From: Candidatus Iainarchaeum sp.
Lineage (GTDB): Archaea > Iainarchaeota > Iainarchaeia > Iainarchaeales > JAZDEL01
NCBI GenBank assembly: GCA_043808785.1
Contig: JAZDEL010000010.1
Coordinates: 180,001-212,000, forward strand
Length of the DNA: 32,000 nucleotides
Direction: 5' to 3'
Made by a program: the position numbers and the translations under genes
The notes under the pieces: model-generated
Database searches by the model: none
Seen by the model: only the letters and a program-made list of their open reading frames with translations
Told to the model about the DNA's origin: nothing
Part shown: positions 6,938 to 15,568 of the stretch, in pieces
How positions within the stretch are numbered: the stretch's first letter is position 1
Layout: each line of letters begins with the position of its first letter

Positions 6938-8406
6938 GCACCCCTGAAATAATTCGGCGCCTCCTCGGTAACCATTATGTCGTGCGGGTGCGATTCCTTG
7001 AGGGAAGCCTCGGTGATTTTCACAAGGCGCGCCTTCTTGTGCAGTTCCGAAATATTTGCAGCCCCTACCAGCCCCATTCCAGACCTCACCCCGCCGAGCA
7101 TCTGGTAAACCAATTCTTCAATAGTTCCCTTGTAAGGCACCACGCCCTCAACGCCCTCCGCAACAAATTTCCCGCGCTCCTGAACGTGCGACTGGAAGTA
7201 CCTGTCCTTCGAGCCCGCCTGCATCGCCCCGATTGAGCCCATGCCCCTGTACTGCTTGAACTTCCTGTTGTTCAGGAAAATCGTTTTCCCCGGGGTTTCC
7301 TCGCACCCCGCGAAAAGCGAGCCGAGCATTACGGAACTCGCCCCTGCTGCAAGCGCCTTTGTTATGTCCCCGCTGTATTTTATCCCGCCGTCCGCAATAA
7401 TGGGCACATCGTGCCTCTGCGCGGCCTTTGCGCAGTCCGTTATCGCGCTTATTTGGGGGACGCCCACGCCCGAAATAACGCGCGTTGTGCATATCGCCCC
7501 GGGCCCGATGCCGACCTTAACCGCATCCGCACCCGCCTTTATCAGCGCCTCCGCAGCCCCCGCAGTTGCGACATTTCCGACAATCAAGTCAATGTCAAAT
7601 TCCTTCTTGTATTTCGCAGCAGCCTCAATCACGTTTTTGCTGTGCCCGTGCGAAGTGTCGAGCACAAGCACATCAACTTCGGCCTCGACAAGCTTCCGTG
7701 CGCGCTCCATGTCGTTGGGTCCGATTGCAGCCCCGACCCTTAATCGGCCTCTCTTGTCCTTGTTCGCATGCGGGTGCCTTATTGTTTTCATCACGTCGGT
7801 CATCGTGATAAGGCCCTTCAATTTTCCCGACTTATCCACAACAGGCAGTTTCTCAAGGCGCCTGCTGTGCAGAATCTCCTTCGCCTCCTCGAATGTAACC
7901 ATCCTGTCCACGGTTACCAAATCCTTTGTCATTATGTCGCGCGCTTTTTTGTAAACATTGTCCTCGAAAAGCAGGTCGCGGTTTGTCACAAGCCCGACAA
8001 GCTTTCCTTTATCCACGACGGGAAAACTGCTTATCCCGTGCTCCTGCTTAAGGCGCAGGATTTTCTCTATGGTTTCATCAGGGCTTATCGTGAAAGGCTC
8101 GGTAATAATCCAGAATTCCGAACGCTTAACCCTTTCCACCTGCGCTGCCTGCTCCTCTGGGGAAAGGTTCTTGTGTATAATCCCGATTCCGCCCTGCTTC
8201 GCAAGCGCAACTGCGGTGCGCCATTCCGTTACGGTGTCCATTGCAGCGCTCACGAGCGGTATGTTGATGCGTATGTTTCTGGTAAGCCGCGTTTCAAGCG
8301 AAACAGCGGAAGGAAGCGTTTCGGAATAGCCGGGAACAAGAAGTACGTCGTCAAAGGTGAGGGATTCTTCCATTGCGCCCGCGGGCGAAAACTTTCCCTT
8401 TGCCAT
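6934..8406 (-). CDS. guaB: IMP dehydrogenase with CBS pair
   Basis: 490 aa. N-terminal LTFDDVLLVPGYS, CBS insert, catalytic loop GIGPGAICTTR, and GGIKYSGD phosphate-binding segment. Confidence 0.95.
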   Translation of the reverse strand: MAKGKFSPAGAMEESLTFDDVLLVPGYSETLPSAVSLETRLTRNIRINIPLVSAAMDTVTEWRTAVALAKQGGIGIIHKNLSPEEQAAQVERVKRSEFWIITEPFTISPDETIEKILRLKQEHGISSFPVVDKGKLVGLVTNRDLLFEDNVYKKARDIMTKDLVTVDRMVTFEEAKEILHSRRLEKLPVVDKSGKLKGLITMTDVMKTIRHPHANKDKRGRLRVGAAIGPNDMERARKLVEAEVDVLVLDTSHGHSKNVIEAAAKYKKEFDIDLIVGNVATAGAAEALIKAGADAVKVGIGPGAICTTRVISGVGVPQISAITDCAKAAQRHDVPIIADGGIKYSGDITKALAAGASSVMLGSLFAGCEETPGKTIFLNNRKFKQYRGMGSIGAMQAGSKDRYFQSHVQERGKFVAEGVEGVVPYKGTIEELVYQMLGGVRSGMGLVGAANISELHKKARLVKITEASLKESHPHDIMVTEEAPNYFRGA

Positions 8407-8562
8407 ATCAGTTTGGTGTTGAAACGGTTTTTAAGGTTAATGGGGAAGTGCGGAAAACGCGGCGAAAGCCCCGAAACCGCGCGGAAAACAAACCCCAAAA
8501 CCCCCGAAACCGCGCGGGTTTGCGGGGTTTTTTTGCGGGCAAAACCCGCAGTGGCGCTTGCG

Positions 8563-10068
8563 CTATGCAAGCCCAACTCTCCCATGCACCGCGTGCTTCA
8601 GCAGTTTTCCCGCTGCGGAAACCGCGCGCGTGAAGGGCAGCGCGGCAAAGAACGCAAACGCCAGCACTGCAGTCGCCTCCCTGCTGTAAATTATCGGCAC
8701 CCCAAGGCGCGGCAGCTGCTCGTACAGCAGGAACGTCATCCACGCGAAGCACAGCAGGACAAACACATTCAGCGCGAACCCGCGCAGGAGCGAAACCGTG
8801 TAGGGCGTGTGCTGCTTCAGCCCGCTTTCCGCGCGCTTCAGTTTGAAGAATTCGGGGATATGGGCCATAGCCCTGCGGTGCAGCTCTACCCTGTCGTACA
8901 AAGGCTGGAAAATTATCACGCTTGCCGCAATCAGCAGGAAGGCGAGCGCGGAAACGATGCTCCCTTCGGCAGCGGGAAGCACGGTCGCGGAAACCGTGGC
9001 AATTATCACAACAAACTCCCCGAGCGGGAGCAGGAGTATTGCGGTCGCGCTCGAGTCATGTTTCGAAAGCCCGAACAGCGGGCCCAGTATTGCGGCAACG
9101 ATGCTGTGCGAGGCGAGCGCGACAAGCACGAGCAGGAGCGCAATCCCCGCAAGCAGCAGCAGCTCCTGCAGCGCGGGTATCGCAACCGCCCCCGCGGCGC
9201 TGTCGTAAAATATCGTGGTTCCGAAAACCACAAAAAAGAAAACAAGGAAAAAGTCGCGCATGAAGTTCACATCGCGCTTTATCTTCTCCCCCGAGGGCGT
9301 TTCCGCAAGAGCGAACCCCGCGAAATACGCGCCGAGCGCGCTCGAAAGCCCGAGAAGCACGCCCACGGTTGAAACAAGCAGCCCCACGCCAAGCGCGTAA
9401 AGCGTAACCTCCGTATGCCCGTAGCCGTTCTTTATAAGCCAGTTCCCCACGCGCTGCGAGAGGTAGTGTATCGCAAAGAATGCCGAAACCGCGAACACGA
9501 GCGCGGTCAGCGCAAGGTTAATCCCCGCCCCCGCTTCGGACATCTGGGTTATAAACACCAGAAGAAGTATCCCGAGGAAGTCCTGCAGTATGAGTATCGA
9601 AATCGCGAGCTGTGTCGGCGGGTCCTTCAGCAGGCCCCTGTCTATTGCGAACTTCGCAACAACCGCGGTGCTTGTGCAGAACAGCATGAAGCCTATTATT
9701 ATCGAGGTTATAAGCGTGTATCCGAGCGTGAACATTATCAGCATTCCCAAACCCGCGGAGAGCGCCATGTCCACGAGCGCAAGCCCGAAAGAGGCGGAAC
9801 CCGCCTTCAGGAAATCCTTCAGCGAAAGCTCGAGCCCGAGGTAGAAAAGCAGTATGAACAGCCCGAGTTCGCCGAAACCCGCGACAAGCGCGTCCTCGGG
9901 GTTCAGGTAGCCGAGCAGGAACGGCCCGAGGATGAAGCCCGCAAGTATGTAGCCCAGCACGGGGTTCTGCCCGAACTTCTTCACGATTACGCTTATCCCT
10001 ATCGCGACAAGGATAATTATGCCTATTACCGTCATTGGCATTGTTTCGAGCTGCATCGCTAATAACAA
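8563..10068 (-). CDS. Monovalent cation:proton antiporter (CPA2/Kef-like), membrane domain only
   Basis: 501 aa, about 12-13 TM segments. The N-terminal VLGYILAGFILGP motif is typical of Na+/H+ exchanger family proteins. Confidence 0.8.
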   Translation of the reverse strand: MLLAMQLETMPMTVIGIIILVAIGISVIVKKFGQNPVLGYILAGFILGPFLLGYLNPEDALVAGFGELGLFILLFYLGLELSLKDFLKAGSASFGLALVDMALSAGLGMLIMFTLGYTLITSIIIGFMLFCTSTAVVAKFAIDRGLLKDPPTQLAISILILQDFLGILLLVFITQMSEAGAGINLALTALVFAVSAFFAIHYLSQRVGNWLIKNGYGHTEVTLYALGVGLLVSTVGVLLGLSSALGAYFAGFALAETPSGEKIKRDVNFMRDFFLVFFFVVFGTTIFYDSAAGAVAIPALQELLLLAGIALLLVLVALASHSIVAAILGPLFGLSKHDSSATAILLLPLGEFVVIIATVSATVLPAAEGSIVSALAFLLIAASVIIFQPLYDRVELHRRAMAHIPEFFKLKRAESGLKQHTPYTVSLLRGFALNVFVLLCFAWMTFLLYEQLPRLGVPIIYSREATAVLAFAFFAALPFTRAVSAAGKLLKHAVHGRVGLA

Positions 10069-10147
10069 TCACTAACTGCAATAAAAGGCTTGCGCCCGCG
10101 CGCTTTGGGGGTTCCCGCGGGCTTTCGGATTGAATGCGGGGGGCCGC

Positions 10148-10193
10148 GGGTTTGCATGCGCGGAGATGCGGGGTTTGCATGCAGGAAGATGCG
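10148..10193. repeat. Tandem 23-nt repeat GGGTTTGCATGC(G/A)(C/G)GGA(G/A)GATGCG x2
   Basis: 10148-10170 and 10171-10193 match at 20/23. Lies in the divergent intergenic region between the antiporter and the giant surface-protein gene. Confidence 0.85.
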
Positions 10194-10336
10194 TTATTTC
10201 CCGCATCCCCCGCACGCGCGGCAAACCAGAACCCATATAAATAATAATGCAATATTATTAGTGGCACCAAGGAATGGTTTTGCCTGCTGCAGCAGTGGGC
10301 TGCTTGGGCGCGGTGTGTGGGGGTTGTGCTTAGTTT

Positions 10337-13300
10337 ATGTGCCGCAGAATGCCGCTTTCGGCGGCTTTCCTTGCGCTGCTCGTTGTTTTTGCAGGGCAGG
10401 CGTGCGCTTACCCGTTGCCTGCCGCAGGCCAGGCAGGCGCCAACTCCGATGCAGGCACGCAGGCATGGGGCACATTCTTCCTGCAGGGCGCCGGAGCCGC
10501 GCCCCTGACCGCCGGCCAAATAATCCTTGCCCATGCATATTCCGACCCCGAACTTTCAAGAACAGCCTCCTCCCTTGAGCGCCTGCACTCAAGCCGCGCA
10601 TATTTCGGCGCCGAAAATTCACTTGCGCAATTCGAAACCCTCTCGAAAATGTTCTCAAGCATTGAAATAAGCCTTGAATGCCCGCGGCAAAGCGGATATT
10701 TCCCCTATCCCTGCGCCAGGAAACAGGGCGAGGATTTCCTGCAGTGCGCGGGCGTTTCCCTTGAGAATGAATTCAGGAAAGCCGATGGTTCCGACACGCG
10801 GATAAAGCACACAATAACCCTGCGCAACCTCACTTCGGAAACGCAGAAGCGCAGCATGAGCATAATGCTAAGCACCGATGCAGCCTATCTCCAGTCGGAC
10901 ACAAACACATTCACCCCTTCCTCGGAGTATCAGCACGTTGCCACAAAATCAGGCAGCATGCGCTTTGAAAATTCCGCTGATGCGGACTTCAACGCATTCA
11001 CGCTTGACTTTACAGTTGACGCTTCCCTCAGGCTTCTTGACAGCGGCAAAAAACAGTTCGGGGTTTACGACTGGAGCGATTTTGAGAAAAGCGGATTTGA
11101 TGCCGATACAGTAATCTACATGCGGAACGGGAAGGCGGTTATGGAAACAATGCTTGAAATATCCCTCCGGCCCGGGGAAACTGTTTTTATAGACCCGAGC
11201 TATGACATGAACAGAAGCTCCGATTTCAATGTCAGGTTTGACGGCGGCACAGCCAGCGACCAGCTCGGGTATACTTATGGCAGCGGCTCCGGAGTCCAGC
11301 TGGTAAACGCAGACGGCGGCGCCTACACAAACGACCTCCTCCTGACGGCCTATCTTGCAAATGTCGGCCAAACCGACAACGGCGCAGTCTACCTCATAAA
11401 AAACATAGACGGCATAACCTCGGGCACAACAAAAGACCTGAACACAAGCTCCAGTTGGGATGTCAGGTTTGCAGGCGGCGCAACCAGCGACCAGCTCGGA
11501 TATACTGAAAATAGCGGCTCCGGAGTCCAGCTGGTAAACGCAGACAACGGCGCCTATTCCAACGACCTCCTCCTGACTGCCATTTATGCAAATGTCGGCA
11601 CCGGCCAAACCGACAACGGCGCAGTCTACCTCATAAAAAACATAGACGGCATAACCTCGGGAACAACAAAGGACCTGAACACAAGCTCCAGTTGGGATGT
11701 CAGGTTTGCAGGCGGCGCAACCAGCGACCAGCTCGGATATACTGAAAATAGCGGCTCCGGAGTCCAGCTGGTAAACGCAGACGGCGGCGCCTACACAAAC
11801 GACCTCCTCCTGACCGCATATGCCGCAAATGTCGGCCAAACCGACAACGGCGCAGTCTACCTCATAAAAAACATAGACGGCATAACCTCGGGCTCAACCA
11901 GCGACCTGAACACAGTCTCCAAGTTCGATGTCAGGTTTGACGGCGGCACAGCCAGCGACCAGCTCGGGTATACTTATGGCAGCGGCTCCGGAGTCCAGCT
12001 GGTAAACGCAGACAACGGCGCCTACACAAACGACCTCCTCCTGACCGCATATGCCGCAAATGTCGGCCAAACCGACAACGGCGCAGTCTACCTCATAAAA
12101 AACATAGACGGCATAACCTCGGGAACAACAAAGGACCTGAACACAAGCTCCAGTTGGGATGTCAGGTGGGACGGCGGCGCGGCCACTGACGAGCTTGGGT
12201 ATACAGGGTATTATACAGGGTCCAGTTATACTTATGGCGGCGGCTCCGGAGTCCAGTTTATAAACGCAGACAACGGCGCCTACACAAACGACCTCCTCCT
12301 GGCAGCCACTCTTGCGGATGTCGGCCAAACCAACAACGGCGCAGTCTACCTCATAAAAAACATAGACGGCATAACCTCGGGAACAACAAAGGACCTGAAC
12401 ACAAGCTCCAGTTGGGATGTCAGGTGGGACGGCGGCACAGCCAGCGAGTATCTCGGAAATACCCGTGGTGACACTGCTGCTAGCGGCAGCTCCGGAGTCC
12501 AGTTTATAAACGCAGACAACGGCGCCTATTCCAACGACCTCCTCCTGACTGCCATTATTGCAGATGTCGGTAGCGGGCAATCAAACAACGGCGCAGTCTA
12601 CCTCATCAGGAACATAGACGGCATAACCTCAGGCTCAACCCGAGACCTGAACAAAGGCACGGATTTCAATGTCAGGTGGGCAGGCGGTGTATCCAACGAT
12701 AATCTTGGAAATACCAATAATAGCGGCTCCGGAGTGCAGTTAGTAAACGCAGACAACGGCGCCTATTCCAACGACCTCCTCCTCACTGCGGTTTATGCAA
12801 CTGTCGGCCAAACCAACAACGGCGCAGTCTACCTCATAAAAAACATAGACGGCATAACCTCGGGCTCAACCAGCGACCTGAACACAGTCTCCAAGTTTGA
12901 TGTCAGGTTTGCAGGCGGCGCAACCAGCGACAAGCTCGGATGTACTGAAAATAGCGGCTCCGGAGTCCAGCTGGTAAACGCAGACGGCGGCGCCTACACA
13001 AACGACCTCCTCCTGACTGCCATTTATGCAAATGTCGGGCAATTCGACAACGGCGCAGCCTACCTCATCAGGAACATAGACGGCATAACCTCAGGCTCAA
13101 CCAGAGACCTGAACAAAGGCACGGATTTCAATGTCAGGTGGGACGGCGGCACAGCCAGCGAAAAGCTTGGATATACTAATACCAGCGGCTCCGGAGTCCA
13201 GCTGGTAAACGCAGACGGCGGCGCCTACACAAACGACCTCCTCCTCACAGCCTATATTGCAGATATCGGCCAAACCGACAACGGCGCAGTCTACCTCATC

Positions 13301-15541
13301 AGAAACATAGACGGCATAACCTCGGGCACAACAAAAGACCTGAACACAAGCTCGGATTTCAATGTCAGGTGGGACGGCGGCGCGGCCAGCGACCAGCTTG
13401 GAGATACTGAAAATAGCGGCTCCGGAGTGCAGTTAGTAAACGCAGACAACGGCGCCTACACAAACGACCTCCTCCTGGCAGCCACTCTTGCGGATGTCGG
13501 CCAAACCGACAACGGCGCAGTCTACCTCATCAGGAATGTGGCTACCGCCCCCAACACCGCCCCCGACGTGAATGTAACCTCCCCCTCGGACGCAAACTAC
13601 CTCTCGCAGTATGCCGGAGGATACGACCATAACGTTGCGCTTGTTTTCAGCGTGCAGGACGCGGACAACGGCATGCTCTATGCGGATATTTACCGTTCCG
13701 CATCCGCGGGCGCGTTCACAACCGCGATAATAAACGACCTGAACCTTAACGATGATGCAAACCTGCCCTATCTCACCTGCGACGACACAACATGGACGGA
13801 TGCAACAACCTGCGTCTTCGACTGGAACGTTGCAGGGGCAGCGGACGGAAACTACTTCATCGATGTGAATGTGTTTGACACTTCCGACCTGAACAAAGTG
13901 GATTCAAGCAATATTTCCTTCATGATTGACAACACGAAGGCAAGCACGAGCTGGGACGGCAACACAACATGGAGCAAGTACGACCAGAACATAACTCTCA
14001 CGTGCACCGATGACGACTCGGGTTGCGCAAGCACTAAGTACAGGCTTGACACCAACGGCGCCTCAACGGTTAGTTATGGTTCGTGGCAAACCTACACAGC
14101 GGCGGGAATACAGGTAACAAACGACGGGAACTTCGCCCTTGACTTCAACAGCACGGATGCCGCGGGCAATGTCGGGGACGTGAACACCAAATACGTGCTC
14201 ATAGACAAGAACGCACCTAGCGTTTCAATAACCTCCCCGGCGGGAGGGGCAACACTGGCATCGTCTTCAGTAACGATTGAATATTCGGGCACTGACACGA
14301 ACAGCGGAATCCGGGCATATTATGTGAAGGCGGATTCGGGGAACTGGTCCGCCAACGGCACAAACACGTCGTACACATTCGCGGCACAATCGAACGGCCA
14401 GCACACATACTATGTTCTTGCGCAGGACATGGCGGACAACAACAGTTCGGATGCGAACGTTACTGTTACAGTAAATGCGTCGAGCACTGACAGTTCCGGC
14501 TCGAGCGGCGTCGGCAAATGCGCCTACCGCGAGGGCACAATCTGCGCGCAGGGCGAGGCTTGCTCTGGATATTGGATTTTGAGCGAGGACAGCACCAGGT
14601 GCTGCAGCGGCACCTGCAGTGTTTCCGCCGGCGGGGGCGAAGGAGAAGGAGGCGGCGGAGGGAAACCGCGCGAGGCGGAATTGAGGGACATAATTACAGT
14701 TGAAAATGCCCAGCAGCTGCTCGGCTATGAGGGCTTGCCCATCCTTGACCAGACAGGGAGTGATGTCGGGCTTAATGCAAAGAAGATCGCCACTGACAAT
14801 TACCTCGGCTTCGTAAGGCACCTCAGGGTGCAGTCTGTCTGGGTAGCATCAAAGGCCGAGAAATACAGGAACACCGTAACCCTTATACTGAAGAACAAAA
14901 GCGGCAGGGAACTGCGAGGCATTGAGCTGTTTGAGGCAATACCAAAAACCTTTGTAGCAAACGCTTCCCTGATAAAGAGCGACAGCAACTTCGTTGTTGT
15001 TGAGGCTGACCCGCTGCTGAAGTTCACAATCGGCGAACTTAAGGCGGGGGAAAGCGCAAGCTCAACATACACATTCGACAGCAACCTTGCAATGGGGCCG
15101 ATAACCGAAGTGCAGTTTGCCGCAGTGCCCGTGCCTGTCGTGCTGCTCGACCTGGAGGCCGATGACGCGTGCATGGGCGTGTACTGCAATGATTTTGACC
15201 CGTGCACAAGGGATTACTGCAAGGCAGGGGGCTGCGAATTTGCGCCAATGGCTGACGGCGCAAAGTGCGGGAATGGAATGGTTTGCAAAGGCGGGGAATG
15301 CCTTGCCAAGGGGCGGAAGCAGCAGGAGCCGCAAGAGCAGGGGCAGGCTGCAGCGGAACCGCAGGAAGTGCAGTTAAGCCAGGCCGCATTGGTGCTGGCT
15401 ATTGCAATCATGGCTGCTGTAATGACGTATTTAAGCGGCAGGGCGAAAGGCGCTGGTTTAAGCGCAAGGGGAAAGAAAGGTGCGGAAGTCCATGGAAAAG
15501 CCGCCCGCTGGGCGCACCCCTGGCGGCCCAAGAAGGATTAA
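10337..15541 (+). CDS. Giant secreted cell-surface protein: signal peptide, 10 FG-GAP-like repeats, Ig-like domains, Cys-rich modules, C-terminal TM anchor
   Basis: 1734 aa. N-terminal signal (..FLALLVVFAGQACA). Ten 77-85-aa repeats with LGYT..SGSGVQLVNADNGAYTNDLLLTA....NGAVYLI, matching FG-GAP/integrin-alpha-like blade logic with a DxNxDG-like loop. Then 3 Ig-like modules (e.g. TLTCTDDDSGCASTKYRLD...). A CARDB/DUF11-like module. The Cys-rich motif CNDFDPCTRDYCKAGGCEF..DGAKC. A TM helix LVLAIAIMAAVMTYL plus a basic tail. Confidence 0.85.
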   Translation: MCRRMPLSAAFLALLVVFAGQACAYPLPAAGQAGANSDAGTQAWGTFFLQGAGAAPLTAGQIILAHAYSDPELSRTASSLERLHSSRAYFGAENSLAQFETLSKMFSSIEISLECPRQSGYFPYPCARKQGEDFLQCAGVSLENEFRKADGSDTRIKHTITLRNLTSETQKRSMSIMLSTDAAYLQSDTNTFTPSSEYQHVATKSGSMRFENSADADFNAFTLDFTVDASLRLLDSGKKQFGVYDWSDFEKSGFDADTVIYMRNGKAVMETMLEISLRPGETVFIDPSYDMNRSSDFNVRFDGGTASDQLGYTYGSGSGVQLVNADGGAYTNDLLLTAYLANVGQTDNGAVYLIKNIDGITSGTTKDLNTSSSWDVRFAGGATSDQLGYTENSGSGVQLVNADNGAYSNDLLLTAIYANVGTGQTDNGAVYLIKNIDGITSGTTKDLNTSSSWDVRFAGGATSDQLGYTENSGSGVQLVNADGGAYTNDLLLTAYAANVGQTDNGAVYLIKNIDGITSGSTSDLNTVSKFDVRFDGGTASDQLGYTYGSGSGVQLVNADNGAYTNDLLLTAYAANVGQTDNGAVYLIKNIDGITSGTTKDLNTSSSWDVRWDGGAATDELGYTGYYTGSSYTYGGGSGVQFINADNGAYTNDLLLAATLADVGQTNNGAVYLIKNIDGITSGTTKDLNTSSSWDVRWDGGTASEYLGNTRGDTAASGSSGVQFINADNGAYSNDLLLTAIIADVGSGQSNNGAVYLIRNIDGITSGSTRDLNKGTDFNVRWAGGVSNDNLGNTNNSGSGVQLVNADNGAYSNDLLLTAVYATVGQTNNGAVYLIKNIDGITSGSTSDLNTVSKFDVRFAGGATSDKLGCTENSGSGVQLVNADGGAYTNDLLLTAIYANVGQFDNGAAYLIRNIDGITSGSTRDLNKGTDFNVRWDGGTASEKLGYTNTSGSGVQLVNADGGAYTNDLLLTAYIADIGQTDNGAVYLIRNIDGITSGTTKDLNTSSDFNVRWDGGAASDQLGDTENSGSGVQLVNADNGAYTNDLLLAATLADVGQTDNGAVYLIRNVATAPNTAPDVNVTSPSDANYLSQYAGGYDHNVALVFSVQDADNGMLYADIYRSASAGAFTTAIINDLNLNDDANLPYLTCDDTTWTDATTCVFDWNVAGAADGNYFIDVNVFDTSDLNKVDSSNISFMIDNTKASTSWDGNTTWSKYDQNITLTCTDDDSGCASTKYRLDTNGASTVSYGSWQTYTAAGIQVTNDGNFALDFNSTDAAGNVGDVNTKYVLIDKNAPSVSITSPAGGATLASSSVTIEYSGTDTNSGIRAYYVKADSGNWSANGTNTSYTFAAQSNGQHTYYVLAQDMADNNSSDANVTVTVNASSTDSSGSSGVGKCAYREGTICAQGEACSGYWILSEDSTRCCSGTCSVSAGGGEGEGGGGGKPREAELRDIITVENAQQLLGYEGLPILDQTGSDVGLNAKKIATDNYLGFVRHLRVQSVWVASKAEKYRNTVTLILKNKSGRELRGIELFEAIPKTFVANASLIKSDSNFVVVEADPLLKFTIGELKAGESASSTYTFDSNLAMGPITEVQFAAVPVPVVLLDLEADDACMGVYCNDFDPCTRDYCKAGGCEFAPMADGAKCGNGMVCKGGECLAKGRKQQEPQEQGQAAAEPQEVQLSQAALVLAIAIMAAVMTYLSGRAKGAGLSARGKKGAEVHGKAARWAHPWRPKKD
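11222..13536 (+). repeat. Tandem coding repeat array, 231-255 bp period, 10 units
   Basis: Long exact DNA identities between units, e.g. 11435-11545 = 11672-11782 (111 nt). Open antisense frames are a by-product. Confidence 0.9.
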
Positions 15542-15568
15542 ATACAACCTTGCGGTTGTCTATTCCGC

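Noticed and set aside
7768-9372. 534-aa plus-strand ORF
   Set aside because: Runs antisense across guaB, the spacer and the antiporter gene. Arg/His/Pro-rich low-complexity translation typical of the wrong frame in GC-rich DNA. Both opposite-strand genes have strong family motifs.
9518-10534. 338-aa minus-strand ORF and 162-aa plus ORF (10090-10578) in the antiporter/giant-gene spacer
   Set aside because: Arg/Ala/Gly/Cys-rich nonsense-like composition. Overlaps a well-supported antiporter frame and the start of the giant gene.
10949-12580. Two long antisense ORFs (296 and 228 aa) inside the repeat array
   Set aside because: They are periodic mirror images of the sense repeats (Cys/Val-rich) and stay open only because the repeat lacks antisense stops. 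The sense frame has signal peptide, domain logic and an anchor.
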